Of a DNA stretch of 64,000 nt, positions 1 through 11,000 are shown one piece after another. The stretch's first letter is position 1. Every line of letters begins with the position of its first letter. Source of the stretch: Schizochytrium sp. TIO01 (taxonomy: Eukaryota > Protista > Bigyra: Labyrinthulomycetes); NCBI GenBank assembly GCA_004764695.1, contig SMSO01000006.1, forward strand, positions 697,859 to 761,858, in the 5' to 3' direction. The notes below the pieces were generated by a model. It did not search any database. It was not told where the DNA came from and worked only from the letters and a program-made list of their open reading frames with translations. A program made the translations under genes and the position numbers.

Positions 1-167
1 AACAGAAGAAGAAGCAGAAGAAGATATGGGCATGCCCATTAGGTGAAGTATTATTCGTACACTTTACATGTGATACATTTCTTGTCTACATGAACCCACG
101 CTCGCTTTCGTCCAATTCAACCGTACGCAGACAAGCATAGAGAAGATTGTTGTAATTCCATGAGACC

Positions 168-521
168 TTAGAGCTTAGAACGCAGTATAGTTTTGTGTAC
201 ACGCTTAACAGCTTCTATCCATTGTGGTTGCGCCTGCGTTAATTCTCGTACATACACATCTTTGGCCTCTTTGGAAGGCATATCCCCAAGGTCCTTCCAA
301 GCCTTCCACTTAAGGTGTTTAACAAAGTTAATCTTTGATGGTGCTGTTTCTTCGCACGGGCCCTGCGTTGCCTGCTTGAATAGTCCATAAAGCCTCAATT
401 GCAGTGCCGTATCGTTTGCCACATCCTTTGTCTGGTCAGATGCAACCTTGCCGCTCGCATATGCCACCGCTAGCTCAAACTTTGCAGCGAGCATTTGCTC
501 CGGACTGGGTTTAGAAGACAT
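168..521 (-). CDS. ACBP: Acyl-CoA-binding protein (single ACB domain) with C-terminal PTS1 (SKL)
   Basis: The ORF has ACBP motifs LRLYGLFKQATQGPC, KWKAWKDLGDMPSKEAKDVYV and ends in RSKL-stop. The first ATG is at 521 (MSSKPS); the track's start at 551 is non-ATG. Confidence 0.92.
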   Translation of the reverse strand: MSSKPSPEQMLAAKFELAVAYASGKVASDQTKDVANDTALQLRLYGLFKQATQGPCEETAPSKINFVKHLKWKAWKDLGDMPSKEAKDVYVRELTQAQPQWIEAVKRVHKTILRSKL

Positions 522-1110
522 CCTCAGTCTTCGCGAGTGATTTCGAAGCAAGCCTCGATTCTCGTCCTGCGCAAGTCTACTTCGAGTGATGTAGCAAACG
601 AACGGTGAGTTTCCTGAGGAGTATCTTCGGCCAGCTTTGTCTGGAGTCGTTGCTCTAGTTCTGCTCGGTCTGATTTGGTTTTGTTGTTAGTAGGTAAAGT
701 TTTGATTACCTACGGCACGAAAAGGGCAAAAGAGCCTTTAGGATTCTATAGCTAGTTATAAATTCCCAAAGCGAATGGATACCTCGTATGGATTTTCTCC
801 ATCATGAAGTGATCCTGGCTGACTTTCGAGCCCTTCTTCGTCGATTTTTTTGGACAATCTAAAATACGTGTCAACCGCACTTCGACAATCCCACTGGGTG
901 CGATTTCTCAACTTCGAGGAGAAGCTGGAGCAAGGAGGACCGCCTCCCGGATCACTTAATACTAAATTCACAATATGAACGGATTGGCGGAGTTATTGAG
1001 GGGGTCCAAAGTGACGGCCCGAAGGCACTCACTCTCCTCTCTGCTTTGCAGCTTTTCAGAATAAGAAAAGTTGAAAGAGATAATGGTGAAAGAACGAAAA
1101 TGAATAACAA

Positions 1111-1156
1111 TTTTCATGAAAAGCTAATGAATCATGAAAAGCTAATAATCTCATGA
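1111..1156. promoter_or_regulatory. Duplicated TCATGAAAAGCTAAT element in the ACBP / J-protein divergent promoter
   Basis: Exact 15-bp direct repeat at 1114-1128 and 1132-1146, palindrome TTTTCATGAAAA at 1111-1122 and a third TCATGA at 1151. It lies 50-95 bp upstream of the ATG at 1207. The regulatory role is inferred from position. Confidence 0.35.
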
Positions 1157-1206
1157 TTCTGCAAATTTAGAACTGAGAACTGTGACGTCTCGGTGCAGCA
1201 GTGGCC

Positions 1207-2505
1207 ATGGAGAGACTCGAGGTGAGCCCGGATGCCATCTATAGGCCAGTGTTAAGAGACTTTGAGGTCAGGCCCGAGGATGCCCAGCAACGTTTCGAGA
1301 AGTGGCTGCATCGGAACAAGATTGCGGTTTCGAACGTGCGTCAAAAGTCCTCGTTTTTGCCATTTTTATGTTTTCGCGGAGACCTCGAAGTGCGGTTGGA
1401 TGGCGCAATCGGTTATACTGTACACTACATGGTTCGAAAACGTCAAATGGAGCGCACCGATTGGTATGTGCGCCAGAAAATCCTGCTCAACAAGCTGCAC
1501 CTGCCTGACACCTCACCTTTAACTCAGGTTCTCGGATCGTTTGCACAGCCGCGAAATATCGTCAACATGGCTATGTTGCAGACTGACACATCTCGTGGCG
1601 TACGAGACTTTGCAAGTATAGACCAGGCAGGCCCACACGAGGTGCAGGAGGTCATGGCAAGGCCTAATTTTGGTCTTTTCAAGATCCTCACGAAGCTAGA
1701 GCGCCAGGCTGAGGAGCACGCCATGGATTACTTGCTGGAAAACCCAACCGGACATTTTGTAGAGGTTCGCGAAGGCTTTTTCGCACGGGAAGGAGGCGCT
1801 GGAATACATCCTGAGATGCATGAGCGTCGGCCAGATAAGGCGAGAATTCGACACTTGTTTACCCATTTCCACAACCCCACACTTACTCGTCTCGTCTACC
1901 TTCCAGCATATCTTTTTGATTACCAGGTAGCAGGACAACCATTCTTGGCAGTAGTAAATGGTGTTGATGGCCGTTTGGCCGGGGTACGTGGACTTGGGAT
2001 GAACTGGCAGCGTCAGAATGCTGAGAATTTGCGAGCTATAGATGAAAGTCAGAATATACGCGTCCCAACTCTACCACGTTGCTGGCGCAATCACGATCTC
2101 CGTGCGGGCTATGACCCGCGTGATGGTCGAGAAACCTCGTACAATCCTCGTTCCGGTAACGCATGGTGGCGAGAAACTCATTTTAATAATCGGGACTTCC
2201 ATCAGCGTCATCATGGCCAGGCCGAAGGCGAAGAGCAGGAATGGAAACAGGCAGAGCCCCCACCTTCTTCTATAGGCACAATTAAGAGCAAATACGTCTG
2301 GAGCAAATTTGACGACTTTGAGATTCTTGGCTTGGCTCGGATCCCGCCACCTTCTGCGCTCGACATCTCAAAGGCTTTTCGACAGGAAGCAAAAGCTCAT
2401 CACCCAGACATGAATATGCACCGTTCAGACAAGGAGCGTACAGAATGTAATGCTAGGTTCAGGCGAATTCGTCAGGCTTACGTAACATTGCGTCGACTGC
2501 GCTAG
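1207..2505 (+). CDS. DnaJ/Hsp40 family protein (C-terminal J domain, class C) with an uncharacterised N-terminal domain
   Basis: 432-codon ORF from gccATGg at 1207. The C-terminus DDFEILGL...ISKAFRQEAKAHHPD...FRRIRQAYVTL is a J domain with an HPD motif. Confidence 0.88.
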   Translation: MERLEVSPDAIYRPVLRDFEVRPEDAQQRFEKWLHRNKIAVSNVRQKSSFLPFLCFRGDLEVRLDGAIGYTVHYMVRKRQMERTDWYVRQKILLNKLHLPDTSPLTQVLGSFAQPRNIVNMAMLQTDTSRGVRDFASIDQAGPHEVQEVMARPNFGLFKILTKLERQAEEHAMDYLLENPTGHFVEVREGFFAREGGAGIHPEMHERRPDKARIRHLFTHFHNPTLTRLVYLPAYLFDYQVAGQPFLAVVNGVDGRLAGVRGLGMNWQRQNAENLRAIDESQNIRVPTLPRCWRNHDLRAGYDPRDGRETSYNPRSGNAWWRETHFNNRDFHQRHHGQAEGEEQEWKQAEPPPSSIGTIKSKYVWSKFDDFEILGLARIPPPSALDISKAFRQEAKAHHPDMNMHRSDKERTECNARFRRIRQAYVTLRRLR

Positions 2506-2812
2506 CTTAGAGCTAGTACAGCGCGAGTGTTACGCATATATGTGAGGTACTGTAAATGTTTTGTTTTCAATTTTGTTTGTATTCATTGAAAATTTCAATC
2601 GTTGTATAATTATGTTATGTTGACCATGCACTTCAATTTGTATGAATTTATAGGATGGTTATGAATAGTGACAGCTTGCTTCTAAAATTCATTTCTCTAT
2701 ACATAAGCTAACAAATGATAATGACTCGACCTGATGAGTAAGGAATGTAGTGCTACGACAATTTTTTAATTTTGTTTTGTGCATTTTTAGTGCTCCTTAG
2801 TAATTTGTATTT

Positions 2813-3916
2813 TTAGACGAATTCAAGACCCTCAAATTTGAGGGTGTCAATATAAAGAAACCCATCTTCATCTACATTAGGGTCAACATTACGATCAAGA
2901 AGCATGTTACCCTGGGCATCAAAGACTGTGATCCAGGTTGCTTGATCGGTTCCGACCTCGCGAACCTTCAAGGCCAGAAAGTGATCTTCAGAGCCTGGGA
3001 TCTTCCGCATAGCCGTAAATCCGCGATCGGATTGCAGAGGGCCAATTGTTGTGACCCGAATATCCCTAAAGTCGTCCGATGCCGTTAGAAGAATATTGGT
3101 TCCCATTGTTTCGTCTGTAACAGGGTCGTACGGAGTTTGAAGAGAGCGCTTTCGAGGCAAAATGTACCACAAGCGGTTGCGCGGACACCAATGCACAGCT
3201 TCGTGCCAGAGGTAGCCTGTGGTCACATTAGCCGCATACTTGAGTGCTGCGTAAATTTTACCCCAATTTAAGTTTTGAACACGTCCCTGCTGGTCAATCG
3301 TTTTCACCCACTCAGCGTCACGATGAATGATTTCGCCTTCTGCGTTTGCCCACTCCTTGCCGATTGAGCCCACCCAAAGCATATTGTCACGAACAGTGGC
3401 CCATTCGATCTTGCAAGGCTTGACCTTCTCACCATTTCCATCAGCAAGTGCCCATCGCTGGAAAACTTTAGGGTGCGTGTTAGGAGGCGGATCGACGGTG
3501 TCTAGTTTGAAGATAAGTCCTGTGGCATCACACATGGCAAGAATGCGGTCTCCAAACTGAACAAGCTCGCTGAGTTCCATGGACCTGTTCCGCTTGGCAG
3601 TTTCTGACTCCAGAGTGAGCGTGCGGCCCCACTCAATGCTGTATTTTTTCAGGCCATCACCATCATCATGGGCTCTCAGGACTCCCTTACGAAGGTATGA
3701 TCTCCAGAGAAATTCCTGTGGATCTCTGCTGTGAATATCAAGATCGCTGACCATGCTAAACTCGAACTCTCTACCATCAAATAGCAGAAGGCCATCATTG
3801 ACGTTTTCCACATGTCTTTCACGTCCTCCGTAATACTGCCCCCCATCTTCCTCGCACATGGGCCACGCGCTTGCTAGCCCTGCCACCAGGGCTGCAAACA
3901 CTCCGAGCCGCAGCAT
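2813..3916 (-). CDS. CANT1: Soluble calcium-activated nucleotidase (apyrase, CANT1 family), with predicted signal peptide
   Basis: Motifs RSMELSEL, KIEW, WVGSIGKEW, GYLWHEAVHW, LPRK, ALK and C-terminal KFEGLEFV match the CANT1 apyrase family. The first ATG at 3916 gives MLRLGVFAALVAGLASA, which looks like a signal peptide. The track's start at 3961 is GTG. Confidence 0.92.
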   Translation of the reverse strand: MLRLGVFAALVAGLASAWPMCEEDGGQYYGGRERHVENVNDGLLLFDGREFEFSMVSDLDIHSRDPQEFLWRSYLRKGVLRAHDDGDGLKKYSIEWGRTLTLESETAKRNRSMELSELVQFGDRILAMCDATGLIFKLDTVDPPPNTHPKVFQRWALADGNGEKVKPCKIEWATVRDNMLWVGSIGKEWANAEGEIIHRDAEWVKTIDQQGRVQNLNWGKIYAALKYAANVTTGYLWHEAVHWCPRNRLWYILPRKRSLQTPYDPVTDETMGTNILLTASDDFRDIRVTTIGPLQSDRGFTAMRKIPGSEDHFLALKVREVGTDQATWITVFDAQGNMLLDRNVDPNVDEDGFLYIDTLKFEGLEFV

Positions 3917-5022
3917 CTTGACCAAAAGCCCTCCGACGCTTTCAACCTTAAGCTTCTCCACACCAGCAGATTACACGATTGATCCTTCCCCGCCAATCCT
4001 CACAATAGGCAAGAAAAGTCCAATCTTTGTACGACAAGTAGCAATCTGCCTCGAATCAGAACCGAAGCTAGTTTGCTTCAATCATCAATCTTCAGTACCA
4101 AACAATGAGCACTCCATGCACTCCAGAATCACATAGATCATAGTTTCAAGTTTCCATTTCAAAAATTATGTAAGTGAAAGATTAGGGGTCACTAGGATAC
4201 CTACTAATGAATACTTGCTACGGGGAACGTACTGCCACTTGGCAAGCGCCGAATAAATAAACTACGGCGCTCATTTTCAGACACCTTGCAAATAAAATAC
4301 GCAGAACCGTACCTTTGGAATGATACGGGTACACTCTTATAGTAGTGTCTAGGTAAGGACCATATGCCTTCTTATACTAGGAATAAGCAGGAAGGAATGA
4401 GGAGGAAGGAAGTCAATTTGCCAAAGTCCAAACTCGCCGCGCCGTCGTGCATTCCGCGCCGCTTTGGCCAGTCGCTGGGCGTTGGGTGAAGCCTGGGCGC
4501 TCTTGAAGGCTTTGGTTTTGAAGTTTAGATCTGGTTAGAGGCCTGCGGAGTCTGCAGCTGCCCGGTCGTCTGCAAGACTTGCAATCGGCCAAGTCGCCCA
4601 GCTCTGTGCGAGTGATTCAAAGTATACGGCGCGAGATAAACGTCGTAGCCGAGCAAATACAGGGACGTTGTTGAGATTGGACTCATTTGTGCCTTGACGG
4701 GCAAGGACCTTTGTTGTGTTGGGGCTTTTTGTGTGTTTTGAGATCTTAGTTTACGAAGTACTTTTCGTGCACGTGCGATTGATCTTGAAACCAAATATCC
4801 AAGTGGATACGTAGATCTACATTAAACACTCGCGCACGGTCAAATCAGCAGGTGGGAATTGCAAAAAGAAGCTGCGTAAGGCATTCAATAATCTCTGAAT
4901 AGGTGGGCGTTCAGAAAGTGATAGGGATCAGAACTCATTCAGGTTGCGAAGCTGGATTTGCCCTAGGCACGTGTATAAGTATCAAGTTTTGCGTTGGTGC
5001 TTCGCCAAACTTATAAGTAAAA

Positions 5023-5772
5023 ATGAACTTTTTTGGTCGACGCAAGACGCAAGCTCCGTCCTCGGGCACTAGCTCGGGCGGCGGGGGCTCTAAGCCTGCT
5101 GCTGCTGATCCAAGTGTTGCTTTGCAGCAGGTGAAGAACCAGGTCTCGGTACTTGAAAAGCGTATTGAGCATCTTGAAAAGCGTGCGGAACAGCAACTTA
5201 AAGAGGCTAAGCGGTTGAGCCTCGCTAAAAATCGCAGTGGTGCTATGCAAGCCCTAAAGCGCAAAAAGATGCACGAGAAAGAGATTGCCAAGCTTCGCAA
5301 TGCCGTCGCGAACTTGGAGCAGCAAGCCTTCTCTATTGAGAATGCTTCTACAACGATTGATATTATTCAGGGTATGAAGGCCGGACGTGCTGCTGCTCAG
5401 AAGATTCAGCAACAGGTCAATATCGAAGATGTCGAAGATCTCAAGGATGACATCGCTGAGCAATTGCAAACTCAGAACGAGATCGATGATATCCTCGCCA
5501 CACAACTGGGTGATGTTGCCGATGATGACGAACTCATGGCTGAATTGGAGGAGCTTGATGCAGAAGAAGAGGATGAGCTTAACGACTTGGATGATGAATT
5601 GGAGGGTCTTGGTCTCGGCGCGTCGAAAGCCTCGCCGCCGTCTTACTCTGAGGCAACTTCACTTCCGTCAGCGCCTACTTCTTCAGTCAAGGTGCCAACC
5701 AAGAAGAAGGTTGAGGAGGAGGATGAAGATGCAAAGGCGTTGGCCGCCCTCGAGGCCGAAATGGCAATGTAA
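5023..5772 (+). CDS. SNF7: ESCRT-III subunit Snf7/Vps32 (CHMP4)
   Basis: N-terminal MNFFG, basic helical region LEKRIEHLEK..AMQALKRKKMHE, LEQQAFSIENA, acidic region DDDELMAELEEL, LPSAP and a terminal amphipathic helix. Confidence 0.95.
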   Translation: MNFFGRRKTQAPSSGTSSGGGGSKPAAADPSVALQQVKNQVSVLEKRIEHLEKRAEQQLKEAKRLSLAKNRSGAMQALKRKKMHEKEIAKLRNAVANLEQQAFSIENASTTIDIIQGMKAGRAAAQKIQQQVNIEDVEDLKDDIAEQLQTQNEIDDILATQLGDVADDDELMAELEELDAEEEDELNDLDDELEGLGLGASKASPPSYSEATSLPSAPTSSVKVPTKKKVEEEDEDAKALAALEAEMAM

Positions 5773-7680
5773 GGTGTATGTACACGCACTTTCAAATATT
5801 TCTAGTAGCACAACGTGCTTGCTTGCACTCTACATGAACGAGGTAATGCAGGAGATCCATCTAGGTGTCTATTATATGTTAAATAATAAACCTGAGTAAA
5901 TAGAGGCATCACATGATCATTATCTAGTTTTCAATTCCACTTTGATTGTGATTAGTGTTTTTGCACGGAAGCACCGAAATTAATCATCATTCTTTCCCCG
6001 CCTTTTCTATTTTTATTTTTATTTGCAAAGAAATCAACGAATCGAAAAGAAGAAAATAGATGATGTCAATAGAAGATCTAAAATTTCAGAATTATACACC
6101 TGACTATCATCGTAATTTTAAAAACAAACAGACTGTGTGTGGTTTTACATTTTCCCTTGCTATGCAAATGTTTGTCTCCTCTAAATTGAAGTCTCGAACC
6201 AAAGGTCAAACCTCCAATAAACTAAATTATGCAAGCAAATGTTAATGAGCTCTGGTTTGTTTAAGGCATGACCGTTTGAGCTTGTAAGCTATGGGTTTGG
6301 TAATTAACACTTCATATTGCTTTTATGATCAAAGTTCCAGAGAATTTTTTCTCGCATCACTAAAAACTGAGATGCAAGTATGCACTCCAAAGGAAATTAT
6401 ATAGTTAACCATTCTCAAGGATACAGCACTGCTCAAAGAAGATTCTTCATAATATCATTTTTTTTTTCTATTTAATAAAAATATATATCAAAACCATAAA
6501 TCATAGGTAGTACAATGAGCAGAAAAAAAGTTTGATCATGATCAAACAAGGCTAAAGATCAAATTATTTGTATTATAACAGAAAGAGGTGCTCAAAACCT
6601 TTTTTTTTTAATTTTTTAAATTCAGTTTTAGTTCAAAAGATTTAAATGATATTTTACTGTTACACCAAGATCGAATTTGATATGGAAGGATCATTCGTCC
6701 AGGCTCTTTGTAGGGACGATCCAAATGGAATTAAAACAACGGCCTTACCTCGTGATTTTGTTCTTTAAACCTGAACATTTTACTCATGTGAAAGTACTGA
6801 CTGGTGAGGGTGATCATATCTTGATACCTATGTTAAAAGCTCATTCTGATTTTTTTTTTAAAGACACGCAAATCAAAAGATCAACCAGGAATTAAAAAGT
6901 CAACCGGATCCTTGCTGACACTCTCACTAGCCAGATACAACTTCTTAAACATTTTAACATGGGTAAAAACATTGACTAATCACTCATTACCTTGCCGAGA
7001 TGTGGTTGGTGTCCGAGTCATCATTTTGTAAAAATTCTACATACTTGAGTCAACTAATCTGCTTCTTCGAGGGGTCTTTGACAGCAGTGATCTCGACTGA
7101 TGTTGACAACACTTCACTATTATGAAGTATTTGTAACATCCAACTGCCGAGGCACACTAATTAAATGAAATTTTTGGATTCTTGCTAATGGGTGCTTAAT
7201 GTATAATATTAGTTCGTACTAAGACCAACATTGACTTTTGTAGAATGGCATCAGATCATTGACAATTTTGAAGATTCTCCAAAGAAAAGAAATATAGGTT
7301 GTTATCCGGTTAAAGAAAGAATATTCAAACCTCGCGGTTATTTCTTTTCTAAAATTTTGGACAAAGTTCTTTATTAGCATTATTAGAAACGTCAAAGTGC
7401 AGAAATGAATGTAAGGAATGGTCAATAGCAAATGTATGTTGTTGTTATTTCGAGAAAAGCACATTAGTTAGTTAGTTAATTAATTAATTGATCAAAATGA
7501 GGCAAGCGTAAAATGTATATCGAACAGAGGGCAGCGTGCGTCGTATCCAACTTTTACTATCTCTACCATAAATTGTGAAAGAGGGAGAGTTTCTTCTTTA
7601 TCAATTCAAAGGGGTAGCTTGACTTGATTCAATTCGTAGCTTTAAAAATGGGTAAAAAAGACTCAGTCACATATTACAAT

Positions 7681-7824
7681 GTTTGTTTGTTTGTTTGTTT
7701 GTTTGTTTGTTTGTTTGTTTGTTTGTTTGTTTGTTTGTTTGTTTGTTGTTGTTTGTTTGTTTGTTTGTTTGTTTGTTTGTTTGTTTGATTGTTTGTTTGT
7801 TTGTTTGTTTGTTTGTTTGTTTGT
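7681..7824 (+). repeat. (GTTT)n microsatellite, ~36 units with two interruptions
   Basis: Directly visible. It generates the spurious FVCL-repeat ORFs. Confidence 0.97.
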
Positions 7825-7993
7825 CTTTTTGTCTTTTGTCTTATTGTCTTATTTTAGTACAAGTGGATGCAGCAGTCCTCAACTTGTGGAGAATAGACAA
7901 AGTTCGAGGCACCACGCAACCTCTTGTACAATTACAACCTAAAGCGAGATAAACATGTGGGAAAAGAGTAAAGAAAAGAGAAAAGAGAGGATT

Positions 7994-8018
7994 AAAAAAA
8001 AAAAAAAAAAAAAAAAAA
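7994..8018 (+). repeat. Poly(A) tract, 25 nt
   Basis: Directly visible. Confidence 0.95.
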
Positions 8019-11000
8019 CGAAAGCTTGCCAGCGCGGCCTACAAAGTTAAATCGGTCGAGTCATTTGTCTATGGCTGTTGTCTATCTTGTCAGGGCCATG
8101 TGTCGGTGGTAGCCTGTACGAGTGAGCTTCTGAGAGGTGCACGGCAGGCGCTGGTTTGAATACCACTGTTACGTGAGGACCTAGGAGGCGCACACTTCTT
8201 CCAAGGGAATACGACACGCCCTTCCTACCTCGACTATGTTGTTACAGTGTATTTGTTACCACATTTCCTAAATTCGAAAGGGTAGTAGTAGGAGTACATT
8301 TCCATTCTTCAGGACCTTCTCCTCTTTATCATGGTGGCCAAGCCTGGTAAACGGGATACAATTTACTTTCTATGCTTGAACATTGGGGTAAATAATCAAA
8401 CTTTGCTAATGCGTAATCCGTAGACTCCATCCAATACACCGAAGCCAACGCGACAGTGACTTGGCGAAGTATTAAAAGGCCACAACTGAACTTGCTTCAC
8501 TGAAGAATTCTTGCGAGGTGAGGATTTCTGTTCAATAGGTTGCCTCTGTCTGCTATTTTATTAATTTTAAAGATAGACGTGGGATGGCCAGCAAACGTTG
8601 TTGTTAGAAGAACAACACCTGAAAGAAAGACAAATATTTGTTCTCACTTCAAAACCTGAGGTAGGTTATTTCTTCGTTAATAAGTCAACCACTCACTCAA
8701 TCTCTTGTGATATAATTGTGTCAGGAAGAAAGTTCCATCATGGAATAGTGCCACCCAAGCGCCACATGCTTAAGCTCATACAAGTTAGCCTACCTATTGT
8801 TTACAGAAAGCACGGACAGTGCAGATGCTTGTAAGCAAGACAACTCCAAAGGAATTTACGAGAACAGCCTTATCCGTAGTTCTTTGCTTTAATGCAACAT
8901 TCTCTTTTGCGTTTCTGATGGCTTTAGCTTTAATACTCTTCTGAGTGTTAAAATCACGTACTCTCAATGCAATTGAGGACAGAGACGAGGGACGGTTGGA
9001 TTAGCAACTGTTACTGTCAGAGTGCCTATGGGACCTCCAAACCAGTAGTAGGGGAATTAGCGTCTCTTCGGCGAGGTGGCTCTTATAATTTAGGTCCTCA
9101 CTTCATTTAAGGGAAACTCGCCCTCACATATCTTAAAGAAATACTAAATTATAACAAATTCAATAAAAGAGGTAGGTACTAGAAACACTACGATGTGTCT
9201 GTTCTTCTTCGTATAAGATGTCTTTCTAGAAAATGGAGTTCATACCTATGATATAGTTGGTGTTTTCCCGGATAAAGACCTCGTGTGCAAGATTCTTCAC
9301 TGAGGCAAATCATATATGACATTTAAATTCGTTCAGACTTGAATTTACAAGGATCACTTAAGAACCATGTGGGGTGATGGTAGCTAGTACAGTTTCTTGA
9401 TTGTGCACGAAAAGGGAAGAAATAAAAAACTGTTACAATGTGTTGTGACGCACAGGAGCAGGTAAATAAATGAACGAGTTTTCCGAGCACCCTTATTAAG
9501 GAAATATAAATTTAAGACGTTTACACACAGAATTTATAGACTTCTGCGGAAGCCATGATGCTGATTTAAAGGATAAAACCACAAAAAAAATTAACTTTGA
9601 AAATCGAAATGTGTACCTGGCGACCGATGCGCCGCAGATATTCCAATGTTATAAATCGTTTCTCCAATCTCCTCTAGTTCAGCAATGGTATAGGTCTTTA
9701 CAAGTTCCTACCTACGGTTAATCACTTCCTGGAATAAGAATAAGAGTTGTGCAAGTGAATTTGGCTGCAAGTCTCGGCTTTCTTTTTATAGTAATCCAAA
9801 GGGCAGTCGACGTTTCGATATCAAATTAAAACGATGAAATCATAACCAGCTAGCTTTTGGCAATAGTTTAGCAGGATAATGTTGCATGAACGGTACTCCA
9901 TAAAAGCACCATAATGTTTATAAGAACTAAGAAGAACTTTAAGCACATCATTATATTACTTACTAATATGAAAACATGCCAGTAGCATGTAGGCAAACAC
10001 ATTAAAGTTGTTGAGACTCCAATCTATGTTTTAGTACTTAGTTTAAACAACATGCAATTTGTTAAAAATGGCTCCTTTTGTCCTAAATTCAACAAAGGAA
10101 AATTTCCTTTTTAAAGAACATGTTTCAAGAGCGCGTAGAACCACATTAACTTTTCCTGTTTCTGTCCTGTACTAGATAGCAAAATTTATAAACATAACAC
10201 CATGTAACATCTAAATAGTAAAAATAATTGCTCTTCATCTAATTTAAGCTTTGTCATGTTTGGACAACTCGCTCGAAGTCTCATTTTATCTAATTAGTTA
10301 AATCCACGGTGATCTCGGTCACGAGTAAGAAGTGAGAGAGAAGCTAGAATTCTAGTAAATTTTAATGACATATGTTTGAGGTCTTACACTTGAGTAATGG
10401 AAGTTTTACATACCTTACCAGGCCACACTACAACAATTGTGTGTTATATACTTTAATCGAAGACATCTCTGGAGTCTCTTCCTATCGTATTTTGCAATTG
10501 AAGCTTGAAACAGAAACAAGGGAGAGACAAAATATTATTGCATCAGCAGTTTGCGCAGGCTGTCAAACGCCTCTGTATAGCTTTTGGTAGTCGGGAAAAG
10601 AGGTGGGTGAAGAAGTGTTGAAGCTGGATCAAAGCATACCCGGCTTTCAAAGCGTGGAAAAAAATGAATCAACAAGTCTCAGAGTAAGGAGGTGTGATTT
10701 ATCGGAGGATTAAACTTCCCGCACTGGTTTTTATGCTCGCTAGTAGTTGTATGATTCATATGCTCAAATTCACTCTTGATATTCTGAGAATGAATGACCC
10801 ATGAAATTCCACGAAACAGCACACGCAAGCGGCCGCAAAACTCAAATTATTGGCCAATACAGTTCTTCAAAATGATCACTTTTCCTTGCTAAGAGGGTCA
10901 TTTACTGCAACGTCTATGTGGAAAATAGTAGTTCTCCCATCAATGATATCTATCTCAAAGATTGCGATCACATTTCTTCACATGACTGCTATTAATGCTG

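Noticed and set aside
2725-2765. Hammerhead-like CTGATGA...GACA between converging genes
   Set aside because: The GAAA core and stems I and III are missing.
7679-7952. ORFs with FVCL repeats
   Set aside because: Translation of the (GTTT)n microsatellite.
8093-8170. tRNA/SINE-like segment (GGTTTGAATACC, nested stems GTGGTA/TACCAC and GCCTG/CAGGC)
   Set aside because: No cloverleaf or acceptor stem, an imperfect B box, and no second copy in the window.
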